From an uncultured delta proteobacterium (GTDB taxonomy: Bacteria; Desulfobacterota; RBG-13-43-22), in NCBI GenBank assembly GCA_963790475.1, contig CAWBOS010000013.1:352001-416000 (forward strand): 64,000 nucleotides of DNA, read 5' to 3'. Below are positions 10,222 through 20,210 of the stretch, piece by piece. Each line of letters opens with the position of its first letter. Position 1 is the first letter of the stretch. Below the pieces are notes generated by a model that worked only from the letters and a program-made list of their open reading frames with translations, was not told the DNA's origin and did not search any database. Both the position numbers and the translations under genes were made by a program.

Positions 10222-11763
10222 CTATGTGCTTTGTGCTTTGTGCTGCGATGGGCTGTAATATTTCTCAATCGACGCCACCAATCCCGGAATAGTGTATTCT
10301 TCAGCCACGATTTGAACGCTAAGCCCGTTGCTTGTGGCGGTTTGAGCCGTGATAGGGCCGATACAGGCCACAGTTATTTTTTTCAGTAAATAAAGTATTT
10401 CCTGTCTGGTAAACAGGGCCAAGAAATTAACCACCGTGGATGAACTGGTAAAGGTCAAGCAGTCGATCAGGCCTTGAGCCATTTTTTCTTCCAGTTGTTC
10501 TTTCCCTTCCAAGGCCGGTAAGGTTTGGTAAGCGGAGACGACCAGGACCTCGGCCCCCATTTGCCTCAGTCCTTCCGGCAAAATTTCCCGGGCCTGTTCC
10601 GCCCTGGGAATCAGGATCTTCTGGTTGGCCAACGGGATTTGGGACAAGGCTTCCAACAAGTGCTCGGCCTGAAATCTTTCCGGAATCAGGTCGGCTTTAA
10701 GATGATATTCGGACAGGGCCTGGGCCGTGGCCGGCCCGATGACCCCTATCTTTGTGCCCTTCAGAGATCGGAGATCCAGATGGAGATGGTCCATTCGGTC
10801 CATGAAAAAACGAACTCCGTTGGGGCTGGTAAAGAATATCCAATGATAGTCTTCTATCCGTTGAATGGCTTGATCCAATTTCGACCAGTTCGAGGGAGGG
10901 GCAATACGGATGGTGGGAAATTCCAGACATTCGGCCCCGAGGTCGTTAAGTCGATCAACCAGTTCACTGGCCTGTTCCCGGGTTCGGGTGACCACGATAG
11001 ATTTGCCGAAGAGGGGACGGCGTTCAAACCAGTTTAAGGTGTCCCGCAATTCAACCACCTTTCCGACGATAAATATCGCCGGTGGAGCCAAATCCGCTTC
11101 TTCGGCCTTTCCGGTTATCGTTTCCAAAGTTCCGGTTATGGTCTTTTGACGAGGGGTAGTTCCCCAACGGATAAGCGCCGCCGGGGTGTTTGGCTCCAGC
11201 CCGTCCTGAAAAAGACTTTCAACAATGGAAGGGAGATTTTTGACCCCCATTAAAAAAACCAGGGTGTCCGCTCGGGGGGATGGTTTTCCCGAACCCTGGG
11301 CCAAAACCTCTTTGGTAGGATCTTCATGCCCGGTAAAAAAGGCCACGCCGGTATTGTATCGGCGATGGGTTAAAGGGATCCCGGCATAAGCGGGTACGGC
11401 TATGGCCGAAGTGACCCCCGGAACAATTTCAAAAGGGATATTGGCTTTGGCCAGTTCTTCGGCCTCTTCTCCGCCCCGGCCGAAAATAAAGGGGTCCCCT
11501 CCTTTCAGGCGGACTACCCTTTTGCCGAGTAAGGCCTTATTGATGATCAATTGATTGATTTCATTTTGGGACAAGGTGTGGTCCCCCCCCTTTTTGCCCA
11601 CATAAATGATCTCGGCCTCCCCGGAAACATGCCGCAAGAGTTCCGGGCTGGCCAAAAAATCGTAGATGACCACTTCAGCCTTTTGGAGGAGTCGAACCCC
11701 TTTTAAAGTAATTAGTCCCGGGTCCCCGGGTCCGGCTCCGACTAAAAAAACTTTTCCGGTCAT
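10222..11763 (-). CDS. cobA: Bifunctional uroporphyrinogen-III C-methyltransferase / synthase (CobA-HemD)
   Basis: VGAGPGDPGLIT, RLKGGDPFIFGRGGEE; HemD half FTSPNGV, FTSSSTV, CIGPITA. Confidence 0.96.
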   Translation of the reverse strand: MTGKVFLVGAGPGDPGLITLKGVRLLQKAEVVIYDFLASPELLRHVSGEAEIIYVGKKGGDHTLSQNEINQLIINKALLGKRVVRLKGGDPFIFGRGGEEAEELAKANIPFEIVPGVTSAIAVPAYAGIPLTHRRYNTGVAFFTGHEDPTKEVLAQGSGKPSPRADTLVFLMGVKNLPSIVESLFQDGLEPNTPAALIRWGTTPRQKTITGTLETITGKAEEADLAPPAIFIVGKVVELRDTLNWFERRPLFGKSIVVTRTREQASELVDRLNDLGAECLEFPTIRIAPPSNWSKLDQAIQRIEDYHWIFFTSPNGVRFFMDRMDHLHLDLRSLKGTKIGVIGPATAQALSEYHLKADLIPERFQAEHLLEALSQIPLANQKILIPRAEQAREILPEGLRQMGAEVLVVSAYQTLPALEGKEQLEEKMAQGLIDCLTFTSSSTVVNFLALFTRQEILYLLKKITVACIGPITAQTATSNGLSVQIVAEEYTIPGLVASIEKYYSPSQHKAQST

Positions 11764-12716
11764 TTTTTGAATTCCGATCTCATCTCGTTGTTCCCTAAAA
11801 CGCCTTCCAGGACTTCCCGCCCCCCCTGATCGAGAAGGCTTTCTGCCAGGCGGATTCCCAGACCCGTGGGATCGGATAAGGGCCCTTCGAGTTGGTCCTT
11901 GATGATTTTCCTGCCATCCAGGCCGGCGATAAGTCCTTCTAAAATAATCCGCTGACCTTCAATCCGGGCATGGCCGGCTACGGGGACCTGACAACCACCC
12001 TGGAGCCTCCTTAATAAGGCCCTTTCCGCCCGGGTACCAAGGGCAGTGGCTTCATCGTGGATGACCCGGATCAGTTCCTGGATCCCCACATCGCCTTCCC
12101 GGATTTCCAGGGCCAGGGCCCCCTGCCCTACGGCCGGCAGGCAGATATTCAGGTCCAGATATTGACTTATTTTTTCCTGAAGTCCCATACGGTGCAGCCC
12201 GGCCGCAGCCAGGATAACCCCGGCCAGACCTTCGGATTCAATTTTTTTTATACGGGTGTCCAGGTTACCCCGAAGGGGTATGGTTTCCAGGTCCGGTCGG
12301 TAATGCATCACTTGAGCCTGCCGTCTCAGACTGCTGGTACCGATCTTATTTTGTCCGGGGATTTCTTTCAATAAAAGCCCATCCCGCGAAATCAGGACAT
12401 CTCTCGGATCTTCCCGAACCGGAACCGCTCCGATGGTCAAGCCCTGAGGCAATTCCCCGGGCATATCTTTCAGGCTATGGACCGCCAGATCGATCCTTTT
12501 TTCCAGCAGGGCCTCTTCGATTTCTTTTACAAAAAGCCCTTTACCCCCGATAGCCGCCAAGGGCACATCTAAAATTTTGTCGCCGGTGGTCCTGATGATC
12601 ACCAACTCAATTTCCAGATAGGGATAATGCCCGGAAAGGGCCTCTTTGACCCAGGAGGTTTGCCGCAAGGCCAAAGGGCTCCCCCGGGTTCCGATTTTAA
12701 CGGTTTTCATTTCCAT
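11760..12716 (-). CDS. hemC: Hydroxymethylbilane synthase (porphobilinogen deaminase)
   Basis: IGTRGSPLAL, GGKGLFVKE, AVHSLKD, GTSSLRR, GGCQVP. Confidence 0.97.
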   Translation of the reverse strand: MEMKTVKIGTRGSPLALRQTSWVKEALSGHYPYLEIELVIIRTTGDKILDVPLAAIGGKGLFVKEIEEALLEKRIDLAVHSLKDMPGELPQGLTIGAVPVREDPRDVLISRDGLLLKEIPGQNKIGTSSLRRQAQVMHYRPDLETIPLRGNLDTRIKKIESEGLAGVILAAAGLHRMGLQEKISQYLDLNICLPAVGQGALALEIREGDVGIQELIRVIHDEATALGTRAERALLRRLQGGCQVPVAGHARIEGQRIILEGLIAGLDGRKIIKDQLEGPLSDPTGLGIRLAESLLDQGGREVLEGVLGNNEMRSEFKK

Positions 12717-12858
12717 GAATTTGTGGGGAAGGATGTCTCGTGCCAAAAAGACAAGGAAATTTTTCTGAAGGCTGTTAGATGCTTGGCAGGAAAAAATCTA
12801 TAATGATGGGTATATATCTTCACTCGTCACCTGTTACCCGTCGCTTTTTTCCCTTCTG

Positions 12859-13077
12859 TCAATGGCAACTCGAACAGTTTCCGGAAGAGCAGGTTCCGCA
12901 ACCGGAAGAACTGCCGGTTCCAACGAAACGATCGGTTCCCTTGAAGGCAAACTTGGACATCTTTTTTTCCAGGTTCTCTTTTTTACACTCCGGGCAGCAA
13001 ACTGTGTCGCTGGATTTAAAGACAATAGTCTCAAAATCCTGACCGCAGTCCAAACAGGTATATTCATAAATAGGCAT
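12859..13077 (-). CDS. FmdB-family zinc-ribbon protein with Cys-rich tail
   Basis: MPIYEYTCLDC...CPEC...CGTCSSGNCSSCH; aggag RBS. Confidence 0.9.
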   Translation of the reverse strand: MPIYEYTCLDCGQDFETIVFKSSDTVCCPECKKENLEKKMSKFAFKGTDRFVGTGSSSGCGTCSSGNCSSCH

Positions 13078-13140
13078 GTTCAAAATCTCCTTAAATTATT
13101 TATTTAATAATAAGCACTATCCCCGGCATTTTCAAGATGA

Positions 13141-14100
13141 TTAAACGGTCTTCCCCCAACCTTCCAACAAGGCCGCGGCCAACAGGGGAACCATCAATTC
13201 GTGATGCCCGATCAGGTAATACCCCTTTCCGCCTTCCAGGGTGGGGCGATGGACCACATTGGTGGAAGCACGGTAATGGCGGATAAAATCCATGTTAACG
13301 GTCGTAAAATGGTTTAGGGGATATCCTAAATTTCGAACCAGAGTGACGGCTTTCAGAAAAACCTCAGGCAGGATAACGGCTGAACCGACATTCAGGAATA
13401 CCCCGTTTTCCAATGTCCGAACGACCGAACAGAAGGTCTGGAAATCCTTGTGACTGGCCTGTCCGGTGGCCCTGGCGTCCATGGAGGGGTGCAGATGAAT
13501 GATATCCGTGCCGATAGCCACATGAACGGTTACCGGGATATCCATTTGACGAGCCATGGCCAGAAGGCTGTGGGACAAAAACGGGAATTTGGAGCCCAGC
13601 AAGGCGTCGCCTACGGCCTCTCCTAATCCCAATCCTTTTTCGGCCCCTTTACTGATGGACCGGTTTAGAAAATGGGCTGTTTCCCGGGACATTCCAAAGG
13701 TCCCGCGGCCCAGTTCCCGATCCACATCCTCGGAAGTCTGACCGACCATAGCCAGTTCGGTATCATGGATGATCCCGGCCCCATTAAGGGATAAGGCTGA
13801 AACAAATCCTTCTTTCATAAGCGCGATGAGGACGGGGTTCAGGCCGACCTTGATCACATGGGCCCCCATGGACCAATGGAGGGTTTTGCCGGCCTGCCTG
13901 GCGGCCAGCATGGCCTTGACCACAGCCCTGAAATCCTTGGCCCCTAATAGATTGGGCAAGGTTTCCAGGAAAAAACCAAAGGTGTTCCCTGGTATCCAGG
14001 GACGGGCAAAATCTTTCAGGCTGACCTTGCTTTTTCGGTCCTTCAGGGAATAAGTCTTCAGCCTCTTCAGGGATGATTGGGAAATCTCTTTTATTTTCAT
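13141..14100 (-). CDS. Conserved hypothetical protein, deoxyhypusine-synthase-like fold
   Basis: MGAHVIKVGL, NGAGIIHD, TVHVAIGTDIIH, GSAVILPEVFLKA, IGHHELMVPL. Confidence 0.7.
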   Translation of the reverse strand: MKIKEISQSSLKRLKTYSLKDRKSKVSLKDFARPWIPGNTFGFFLETLPNLLGAKDFRAVVKAMLAARQAGKTLHWSMGAHVIKVGLNPVLIALMKEGFVSALSLNGAGIIHDTELAMVGQTSEDVDRELGRGTFGMSRETAHFLNRSISKGAEKGLGLGEAVGDALLGSKFPFLSHSLLAMARQMDIPVTVHVAIGTDIIHLHPSMDARATGQASHKDFQTFCSVVRTLENGVFLNVGSAVILPEVFLKAVTLVRNLGYPLNHFTTVNMDFIRHYRASTNVVHRPTLEGGKGYYLIGHHELMVPLLAAALLEGWGKTV

Positions 14101-14335
14101 TGAGTTCGCTTGGCAAAAAATGAGTTTCTAATTGAAAGGAGTATAAGATAATGAAAAGACAGGGTCAAGGGGAAAAACAGGGTCTCAAAACCCAACGAAC
14201 AACCCGGCCACCGGGATTCTGATGTTCTTCCTTGGTATCATCATCAAGGATAATTTTGTCTTTTATAAAATATTTGAGTCGGTTATTATAAAACCTTTTT
14301 CCCTCTGTTTTATATTAAAAATATAAGGAGCGACT

Positions 14336-15454
14336 ATGAACGTCTCAGTCAAATCCAAGCTCGATCTCGACACCCCCTGTCTGGTACTTGATCTGGATAT
14401 CCTCGAGAGAAACCTTCAGAAGATGCAGGCCGCGGTCGGTCAAGCAGGTAAGAATATACGCCCCCATGCTAAAACCCACAAATGCTCATCCCTGGCCAGG
14501 ATGCAAATTGAGACCGGGGCCATCGGGGTCTGTGCCGCGAAGGTCTCGGAAGCCGAGGCCTTGGTAAAGGCCGGTTTGGGTGGAATTCTTATCACCGGGC
14601 CGGTACCGACCCCAGGGAAGATAAAGCGGCTTGTCGAAATCCTGGCCGGTTCCCCCTCCCTGATGACGGTTGTGGACCACCGAAACAATGTTGCTTTGCT
14701 TGATGCGGCCTTGCGCGAAAGAGGCCTGGCCATGGACGTGCTCCTTGATCTGGATGTCGGTTTGCATCGGACCGGCGTAAGTCCGAAGGGCGCGTTAGAA
14801 CTGGCCGACACTATTCTTTCCTGCGAGAAACTGTGTCTCCGGGGAATTCAGGCCTACGCCGGCCAGGTGCAACATGTACGTTCCTATGACGCCAGAAAGA
14901 CCGCCTCTCACCAATGTCTGCAGGAAGCTGTCCCTGTTTTTCAGGAATTGCAGGCCAAGGTGGAAACTTGCACCATCTTCAGCGCTACGGGTACCGGGAC
15001 CTTTGACATCGATCTGGCCATTCCCGAGATTACCGAAGTTCAGGTCGGTTCCTATGCCTGCATGGATGCCGAGTATCTCGGCCTCGGATCCGCTGAGAAC
15101 CCCTCCCAATTCACATCCTTCGGCCCCGCCCTGCGACTGCTGACCACGGTGATCAGCGCGAATCAGAAAGGCTTTGTCACCGTCGACGCCGGATTGAAGT
15201 CCCTTTACCGGGATGGAGGCAAGCCGCAGGTTATCGGCTCCGAATCTTCCGGGATGGAGTACCATTGGTTCGGTGATGAGTACGGAATGATCTCCTGCCC
15301 TGAAAATTCCGAGATTCCCTCTATTGGGACGGTACTGGAATTGATAACTTCCCACTGTGATCCGACCATCAATCTATTTGACCGTTTTCATCTCACCAGG
15401 GGGACGGAAGTCATCGGCACCTGGCCGATCGATCTCAGAGGTTGCAGCCAATAA
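14336..15454 (+). CDS. DSD1 / D-threonine aldolase family PLP-dependent enzyme (alanine racemase fold)
   Basis: DTPCLVLD, RPHAKTHK (PLP lysine), VDAGLKS, SHCDPTINL. Confidence 0.92.
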   Translation: MNVSVKSKLDLDTPCLVLDLDILERNLQKMQAAVGQAGKNIRPHAKTHKCSSLARMQIETGAIGVCAAKVSEAEALVKAGLGGILITGPVPTPGKIKRLVEILAGSPSLMTVVDHRNNVALLDAALRERGLAMDVLLDLDVGLHRTGVSPKGALELADTILSCEKLCLRGIQAYAGQVQHVRSYDARKTASHQCLQEAVPVFQELQAKVETCTIFSATGTGTFDIDLAIPEITEVQVGSYACMDAEYLGLGSAENPSQFTSFGPALRLLTTVISANQKGFVTVDAGLKSLYRDGGKPQVIGSESSGMEYHWFGDEYGMISCPENSEIPSIGTVLELITSHCDPTINLFDRFHLTRGTEVIGTWPIDLRGCSQ

Positions 15455-15696
15455 AGGGTTGAAGATGAGATTGTACGCTTTGGCGATGCCTGGCAAAGAA
15501 GGAAAACCAAACGCGTCAACCCAATAAAACAGTCCATTAATTTCTTTTTCTCACAAAATACGAGGTCGATCAAATTTCTATTAGGTGATGATTTTGAAAT
15601 AATTTCTTTTATTAACTATTTTAGAGTTTTAATATAGTATTAAACACAAGGTTTATATATTAATTGATTTAGCACGAATCGAAAAGAGGGAGCAAA

Positions 15697-16656
15697 ATGA
15701 ATCGTCCTCTGGTAACAAAGTTAAATCGTAATCCGTACCCCAAACAGATCATTGTGGATATTCATTCTTATTGTAATGCAAAATGTAAAATTTGTCCCTA
15801 TTCTTCCCTGAAAACAAAAAATCCGATGGGAGTAATGGAGGAAAATCTTTTTATAAAAATTGCAGATGAATTCAGTCTATTGGCAAAAACAAATAATTTC
15901 CGAGGGCATGTTTTATTCTGCAATATGGGAGAACTGTTCATTTATCCGAAGATGGCCATCGACAGAATGAAATATGTGAGGCAGAAAGGACTTGATTTTG
16001 ATATTCAGACCAACGCATCCCTAATGACTCCGGAAGTGGTTGACCTGTTGAAGGAATCTGAATTCAATGGTTCAGTATTAATCAGTTTTCACGGAATTTC
16101 ACCGGATGTCTATAAAGAGATGATGGGTCTGGATATTGCAAAAACATTGAGAAATATAGATTATCTGGTGCAAAATTATCCTAAAGAAAGAATCATCATT
16201 CAGAGTATTCCTTACAACTGGCCAAAAGGGGAGCCAAGGCGTATCCGTTCTTATTTCGACCAGAGAGGAATGAGGGTGAGGATGCCGCTGCCCAACAACA
16301 GATCGGGATTGTTACCCGAAATAGCCGAACATAAAAACGGAACATTAATCGGCTGCTCGTCCGACAGGCCGCTTGGTGAAATGGTGGTATGTTTTAACGG
16401 TGATGTGGTACTCTGCTGTAATGATATGGGACAGGAAGAGATGGTCGGCAGTCTGAAAAAGAACACCATACAAGAAGTCTGGAACAGCGACACAATGCTG
16501 GATAAAATAAGTCAGATATATTGCGGAAAGCCTTCTCCTGAAAATTTTATTTGCCGGAAATGTGAGTTCGGAATCACATCGAAATCCATATTGAACCGGT
16601 TAATCAGAAATATCAGACTTGAGACAAAGAAGTTCGCTTTAACACATCTTCGATAG
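15697..16656 (+). CDS. Radical SAM protein with SPASM/Twitch domain
   Basis: CNAKCKIC motif; C-terminal C...GDVVLCCND...CRKC. Confidence 0.9.
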   Translation: MNRPLVTKLNRNPYPKQIIVDIHSYCNAKCKICPYSSLKTKNPMGVMEENLFIKIADEFSLLAKTNNFRGHVLFCNMGELFIYPKMAIDRMKYVRQKGLDFDIQTNASLMTPEVVDLLKESEFNGSVLISFHGISPDVYKEMMGLDIAKTLRNIDYLVQNYPKERIIIQSIPYNWPKGEPRRIRSYFDQRGMRVRMPLPNNRSGLLPEIAEHKNGTLIGCSSDRPLGEMVVCFNGDVVLCCNDMGQEEMVGSLKKNTIQEVWNSDTMLDKISQIYCGKPSPENFICRKCEFGITSKSILNRLIRNIRLETKKFALTHLR

Positions 16657-16739
16657 AATCTTTTGGTCGAAATAGATAAGACTTCGGAGGGACGTCCAGC
16701 ACCAAAAACATTGTGATAGCCCCGGGGGGCTGCCTCTCC

Positions 16740-18131
16740 TCAAAATGAATGTTCCTTATGCCGCTTGGTTTCCTTGATTGCCCATTCACGAAGCATGTGG
16801 ATCGCTTTGGCCAGAACGCCGGCTTCACCGCGAAAATCGCCGGATCCAAAGGGTTTTCCACCAGCGCCATACCACCTGACCCCATCCCACTTGATTTCAA
16901 ACCATTTCCTGGCATACCATTCGTGAAAGCCCTTATTGGTTAATACCCTGTTTATCATTGGACGGATCTCATCATACGCCTCTTGGACAAAACCATTGGC
17001 AACAAGCTGTTGAATCATGCGGCCGCCGAACCAGGTCCAGTCACCGCCGTTTTGATAGGTGTAGGGAACGGAAGTCTGCTGATTTTTAAAGAAACCTTTG
17101 GGATAAGGCGGGTAAATAGTCAACCCGATGGATGGAGCACCCGATCGACGCACATTTTCCAGCATCTGGCGATTAACGACCGCTATTTCATCCTTTGATA
17201 AAAGACCGGCTTCGATCGCGACCGCGGTTCCTCCGTGAAAATGCATGATACTTTCATCAAAGTCCGCTGGAAACGGAGAACCGTTCAAGTATAGATGAGG
17301 CAAGAATTTATTACGCCGGCTGTCCCAGAGATATTTGCGGACATTGTGTGAAATCCGCTCTTTGAGTTGCGTCCATTTCTGGTTTTCCTCGGGGGTCGTC
17401 GAAAATTCGATCATGGTCTCCAGGGCCAAAATAAACATGGCATTATTATAGATATCACAACTCCAATGGGTCTTTTCGTTGACCCGGACACCGGGGCTGT
17501 CTTCCGGCTGGACATCCCCCCAATCCTGAGTAGTGGCGCCTGTTATCAAACCGAATCGAGGGGAATAACGATTCTGCAGAAGATACTCAATTGACCAAGC
17601 CATCCTGTGCCTGACGGTTTTGCAGTCAACGACGTCATCAAGAATCGATCTATCAGCCGTCTTTCGGATGTATTTCCCCACAGCCTGTATGAGAGAGGTT
17701 TCCTGGTCCGTTTTGACCGTGTTCTTAAAGCCCACATGCCGGGAATCAGCGGATGAGGTGTAAAGGTCCCCAAAAGGATGATCGGAGACGCCCTTCGGCA
17801 CAAAGCCATCCACTATTTCGCCATTTTTTTGTTGAAGATAATAGAACGTCAAAAGATGTCGGCGAATTTCTTTTTTGTCGTAGACTTCACAGGAAGTCTC
17901 AATAAAGGTATTCAGATCCCGGATCCAGACCTGAGTGTATTCCCCGCCAGCTTCGAAGCCCTTTCCCAGCAAATCCCTGGCCATCCGCTCTACGGTTTGC
18001 AGGGAAGTATCTGCCAGAATGTGAGTTGCCAGTTCCTGGCGAGTTTTTGCTACTGAGGAGGGTCCGGTATGGCAGGCAGATATCATTATACAGGACAAGA
18101 CTAGTAGTAGGCCGATACGTTTAATAGCCAT
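16740..18131 (-). CDS. Predicted lipoprotein, six-hairpin glycoside hydrolase-like (amylo-alpha-1,6-glucosidase-like)
   Basis: Lipobox ISAC; QVWIRD, DWGDVQ, YQNGGDWTWFGG, FHEWY. Confidence 0.7.
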   Translation of the reverse strand: MAIKRIGLLLVLSCIMISACHTGPSSVAKTRQELATHILADTSLQTVERMARDLLGKGFEAGGEYTQVWIRDLNTFIETSCEVYDKKEIRRHLLTFYYLQQKNGEIVDGFVPKGVSDHPFGDLYTSSADSRHVGFKNTVKTDQETSLIQAVGKYIRKTADRSILDDVVDCKTVRHRMAWSIEYLLQNRYSPRFGLITGATTQDWGDVQPEDSPGVRVNEKTHWSCDIYNNAMFILALETMIEFSTTPEENQKWTQLKERISHNVRKYLWDSRRNKFLPHLYLNGSPFPADFDESIMHFHGGTAVAIEAGLLSKDEIAVVNRQMLENVRRSGAPSIGLTIYPPYPKGFFKNQQTSVPYTYQNGGDWTWFGGRMIQQLVANGFVQEAYDEIRPMINRVLTNKGFHEWYARKWFEIKWDGVRWYGAGGKPFGSGDFRGEAGVLAKAIHMLREWAIKETKRHKEHSF

Positions 18132-18262
18132 TCGTTATCGTCTCTTTCCATCTGCCAGGATATGGGGATAGGCTCTATAGGCAGCCTTGGTGATTTTCTT
18201 TTGCCTAAAACACACGCTAATCATTGCCGGTCTATTTTCCCGAATGTCCGGCAACTGCCTTT

Positions 18263-18381
18263 TCACTCCTTCTTTGAGGCCTCTTCCATTTCCTTCATTC
18301 TGTCATCCGCCTTTTTCGCTGCGGAACGGGCTTTATCGATGGGGGCCTGAATCTTGTCGACTATTTCCTTATTTTTTTCAT
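18263..18381 (-). pseudogene. Small helical ORF (about 39 aa) broken by a one-base loss in an A7 run
   Basis: ggagg RBS + ATG, then shifted frame NKEIVDKIQAPIDKARSAAKKADDRMKEMEEASKKE*. Confidence 0.45.
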
Positions 18382-18466
18382 ATGATCCTCCCTGAAAAGA
18401 GTATAATATAAGCCATAAAAAATGGGCAAGTCAAAAAGAAATTGGAAAAGTGACGAGGGGACATCA

Positions 18467-19117
18467 ATGAACCATAAAGCGGTTATCTTTGATCTGGACG
18501 GGACCTTATTGAACACCATTGAGGACCTGACCGACTCCATGAACCTGACTTTAAGCCGTTTCGGATTCGAAGGACACGACCAGGAAACCTACAAATATTT
18601 TATCGGGGACGGGATGGAGACCCTGGTTATCCGTGCTTTACCTTTGGAAAGCCGTAACCCTGAAATAATTACCCGATGCGTGGAAGCCATGCGGGAAGAA
18701 TACGCTTTACGCTGGAACAAAAAGACCCGTCCCTACCCTGGGATTCCCGAACTTCTGGATGCCCTCTCCCAAAAGGAGTGGCCTATTTCCATTCTGTCCA
18801 ATAAACCCGATAACTCCACCCGGATGGTCGTGGCCGAACTGCTGCCCAAGTGGACCTTTCAAATTGTTTTGGGTGCCAGGCCTTCGGTTCCCAAAAAACC
18901 GGACCCGGCGGCGGCCCTGGAGATTGCCGGACTTCTGCACCTGGACCCGGGTCAATTTGTCTATATAGGAGATACCGGTACGGACATGAAAACCGCCGTC
19001 GAGGCCGGGATGTTTCCAGTTGGGGCTTTATGGGGCTTTCGGACGGCCCAAGAACTCCTGGCCCATGGGGCCGAGGTTTTGATTGAAAGACCTTTGGATT
19101 TGCTCCAGTACCTGTAA
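18467..19117 (+). CDS. HAD-family hydrolase (phosphoglycolate phosphatase-like)
   Basis: FDLDGTL, LSNKP, KKPDP, YIGDTGTD. Confidence 0.93.
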   Translation: MNHKAVIFDLDGTLLNTIEDLTDSMNLTLSRFGFEGHDQETYKYFIGDGMETLVIRALPLESRNPEIITRCVEAMREEYALRWNKKTRPYPGIPELLDALSQKEWPISILSNKPDNSTRMVVAELLPKWTFQIVLGARPSVPKKPDPAAALEIAGLLHLDPGQFVYIGDTGTDMKTAVEAGMFPVGALWGFRTAQELLAHGAEVLIERPLDLLQYL

Positions 19118-19133
19118 AGAAGAGGGATGAAAA

Positions 19134-19583
19134 TTAAAAGGCGTTAACACTCTTTGCCAGTCCGGGATCGTGCAATATTTTTTTTGCAAACTTCAAATAC
19201 TTGGCCACGATGGCCCGAATGGCCAATTGCAGGGTAAATGGCCGAATAGGTTTTTCAACCAGGTAGGTAATATTCGAAGCGACACACATATTGACCACAT
19301 CATCGCTGACATTTCCGGTAACAATAATGGTATCCTGATAAGCCAGAGGATATTTATCAACAATGGCTTCCAGGAAACCAAACCCTGTTTCATTGTCTAA
19401 AAAGACATCTAAGACGAAGATGGCCACGGATGATTTTCTTTTTCGGCAGAAGGAGACCGCCTCCTCGGCCTTGGTAAAGGCATACACCTGACCCCAGGAA
19501 TAGAACAATTTGATCATCATGGCAATGACATCACAGACGACCGGGTCATCGTCAACGATAATTACATCCAGACCATCATCCAT
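19134..19583 (-). CDS. Stand-alone response regulator receiver protein
   Basis: IIVDDD, LDVFL, VTG, EKP; ggagg RBS. Confidence 0.85.
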   Translation of the reverse strand: MDDGLDVIIVDDDPVVCDVIAMMIKLFYSWGQVYAFTKAEEAVSFCRKRKSSVAIFVLDVFLDNETGFGFLEAIVDKYPLAYQDTIIVTGNVSDDVVNMCVASNITYLVEKPIRPFTLQLAIRAIVAKYLKFAKKILHDPGLAKSVNAF

Positions 19584-19787
19584 AGTGCCTCCTAAATTAA
19601 AAAACAGCTTTTCCTGAAAAATATTAATAAGATATCATAATACGTAGTCTCGAACCACCCAACCTTCCCGTTATTAAGAATTATTATTAAAATCAATAAC
19701 TGTCAACAGAAAATATCAGACGCCGGCCTTATTTTCTATAGATTTGGGGCGGGATTTAAATCGTCATCTCCTATCTTTCTCGATAAA

Positions 19788-20075
19788 TCAATCGATCAGC
19801 ACAAATCCATAGCGATCTTGAAGGTCATTTTTCTCCTAAAGGACTTCACAGGGCAATCCCAGGTTGCGGACGGTCTTGTGATATGATTTTATCATTCCAA
19901 TCCGTTCCTCCCGGGTTGTTCCCCGCGTATCACACCGGATACCCCGTTGAAAATAATCCTCACAACCCCAGCGGCATTTTAGAATAGCTCGACTGTCGAA
20001 AAAAATATCTTGAGGTGATATGATCAAGGCCTTGATCATGTCCAGGTTCTCGGCTAAGGCAATATATTTTCCCAT
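19788..20075 (-). pseudogene. DUF2284-like metal-binding protein, internally deleted and with in-frame TAG
   Basis: LKCRWGC N-part joined directly to KTVRNLGLPCEVL*EKNDLQDRYGFVLID* C-terminus. Confidence 0.65.
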
Positions 20076-20210
20076 CTCGGCCTCCTGGCCCGAAAAGAAG
20101 TTGTCTGTGGAGAACAGATGTGCTACTAAAGGACCTTAAATCGAAGCCATGATTATAGGACGGTCGTTTAGCTGAAATCAACCTAAAGAATTTTATAAGA
20201 GGGCACGAAA

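Noticed and set aside
15455-15696. RiPP precursor for the radical SAM/SPASM enzyme
   Set aside because: No credible small ORF with an RBS, and no peptidase, RRE or exporter nearby.
19836-19838. Possible pyrrolysine read-through at the in-frame TAG
   Set aside because: The gene also has a large internal deletion and there are no pyl genes in the window; a nonsense mutation is simpler.
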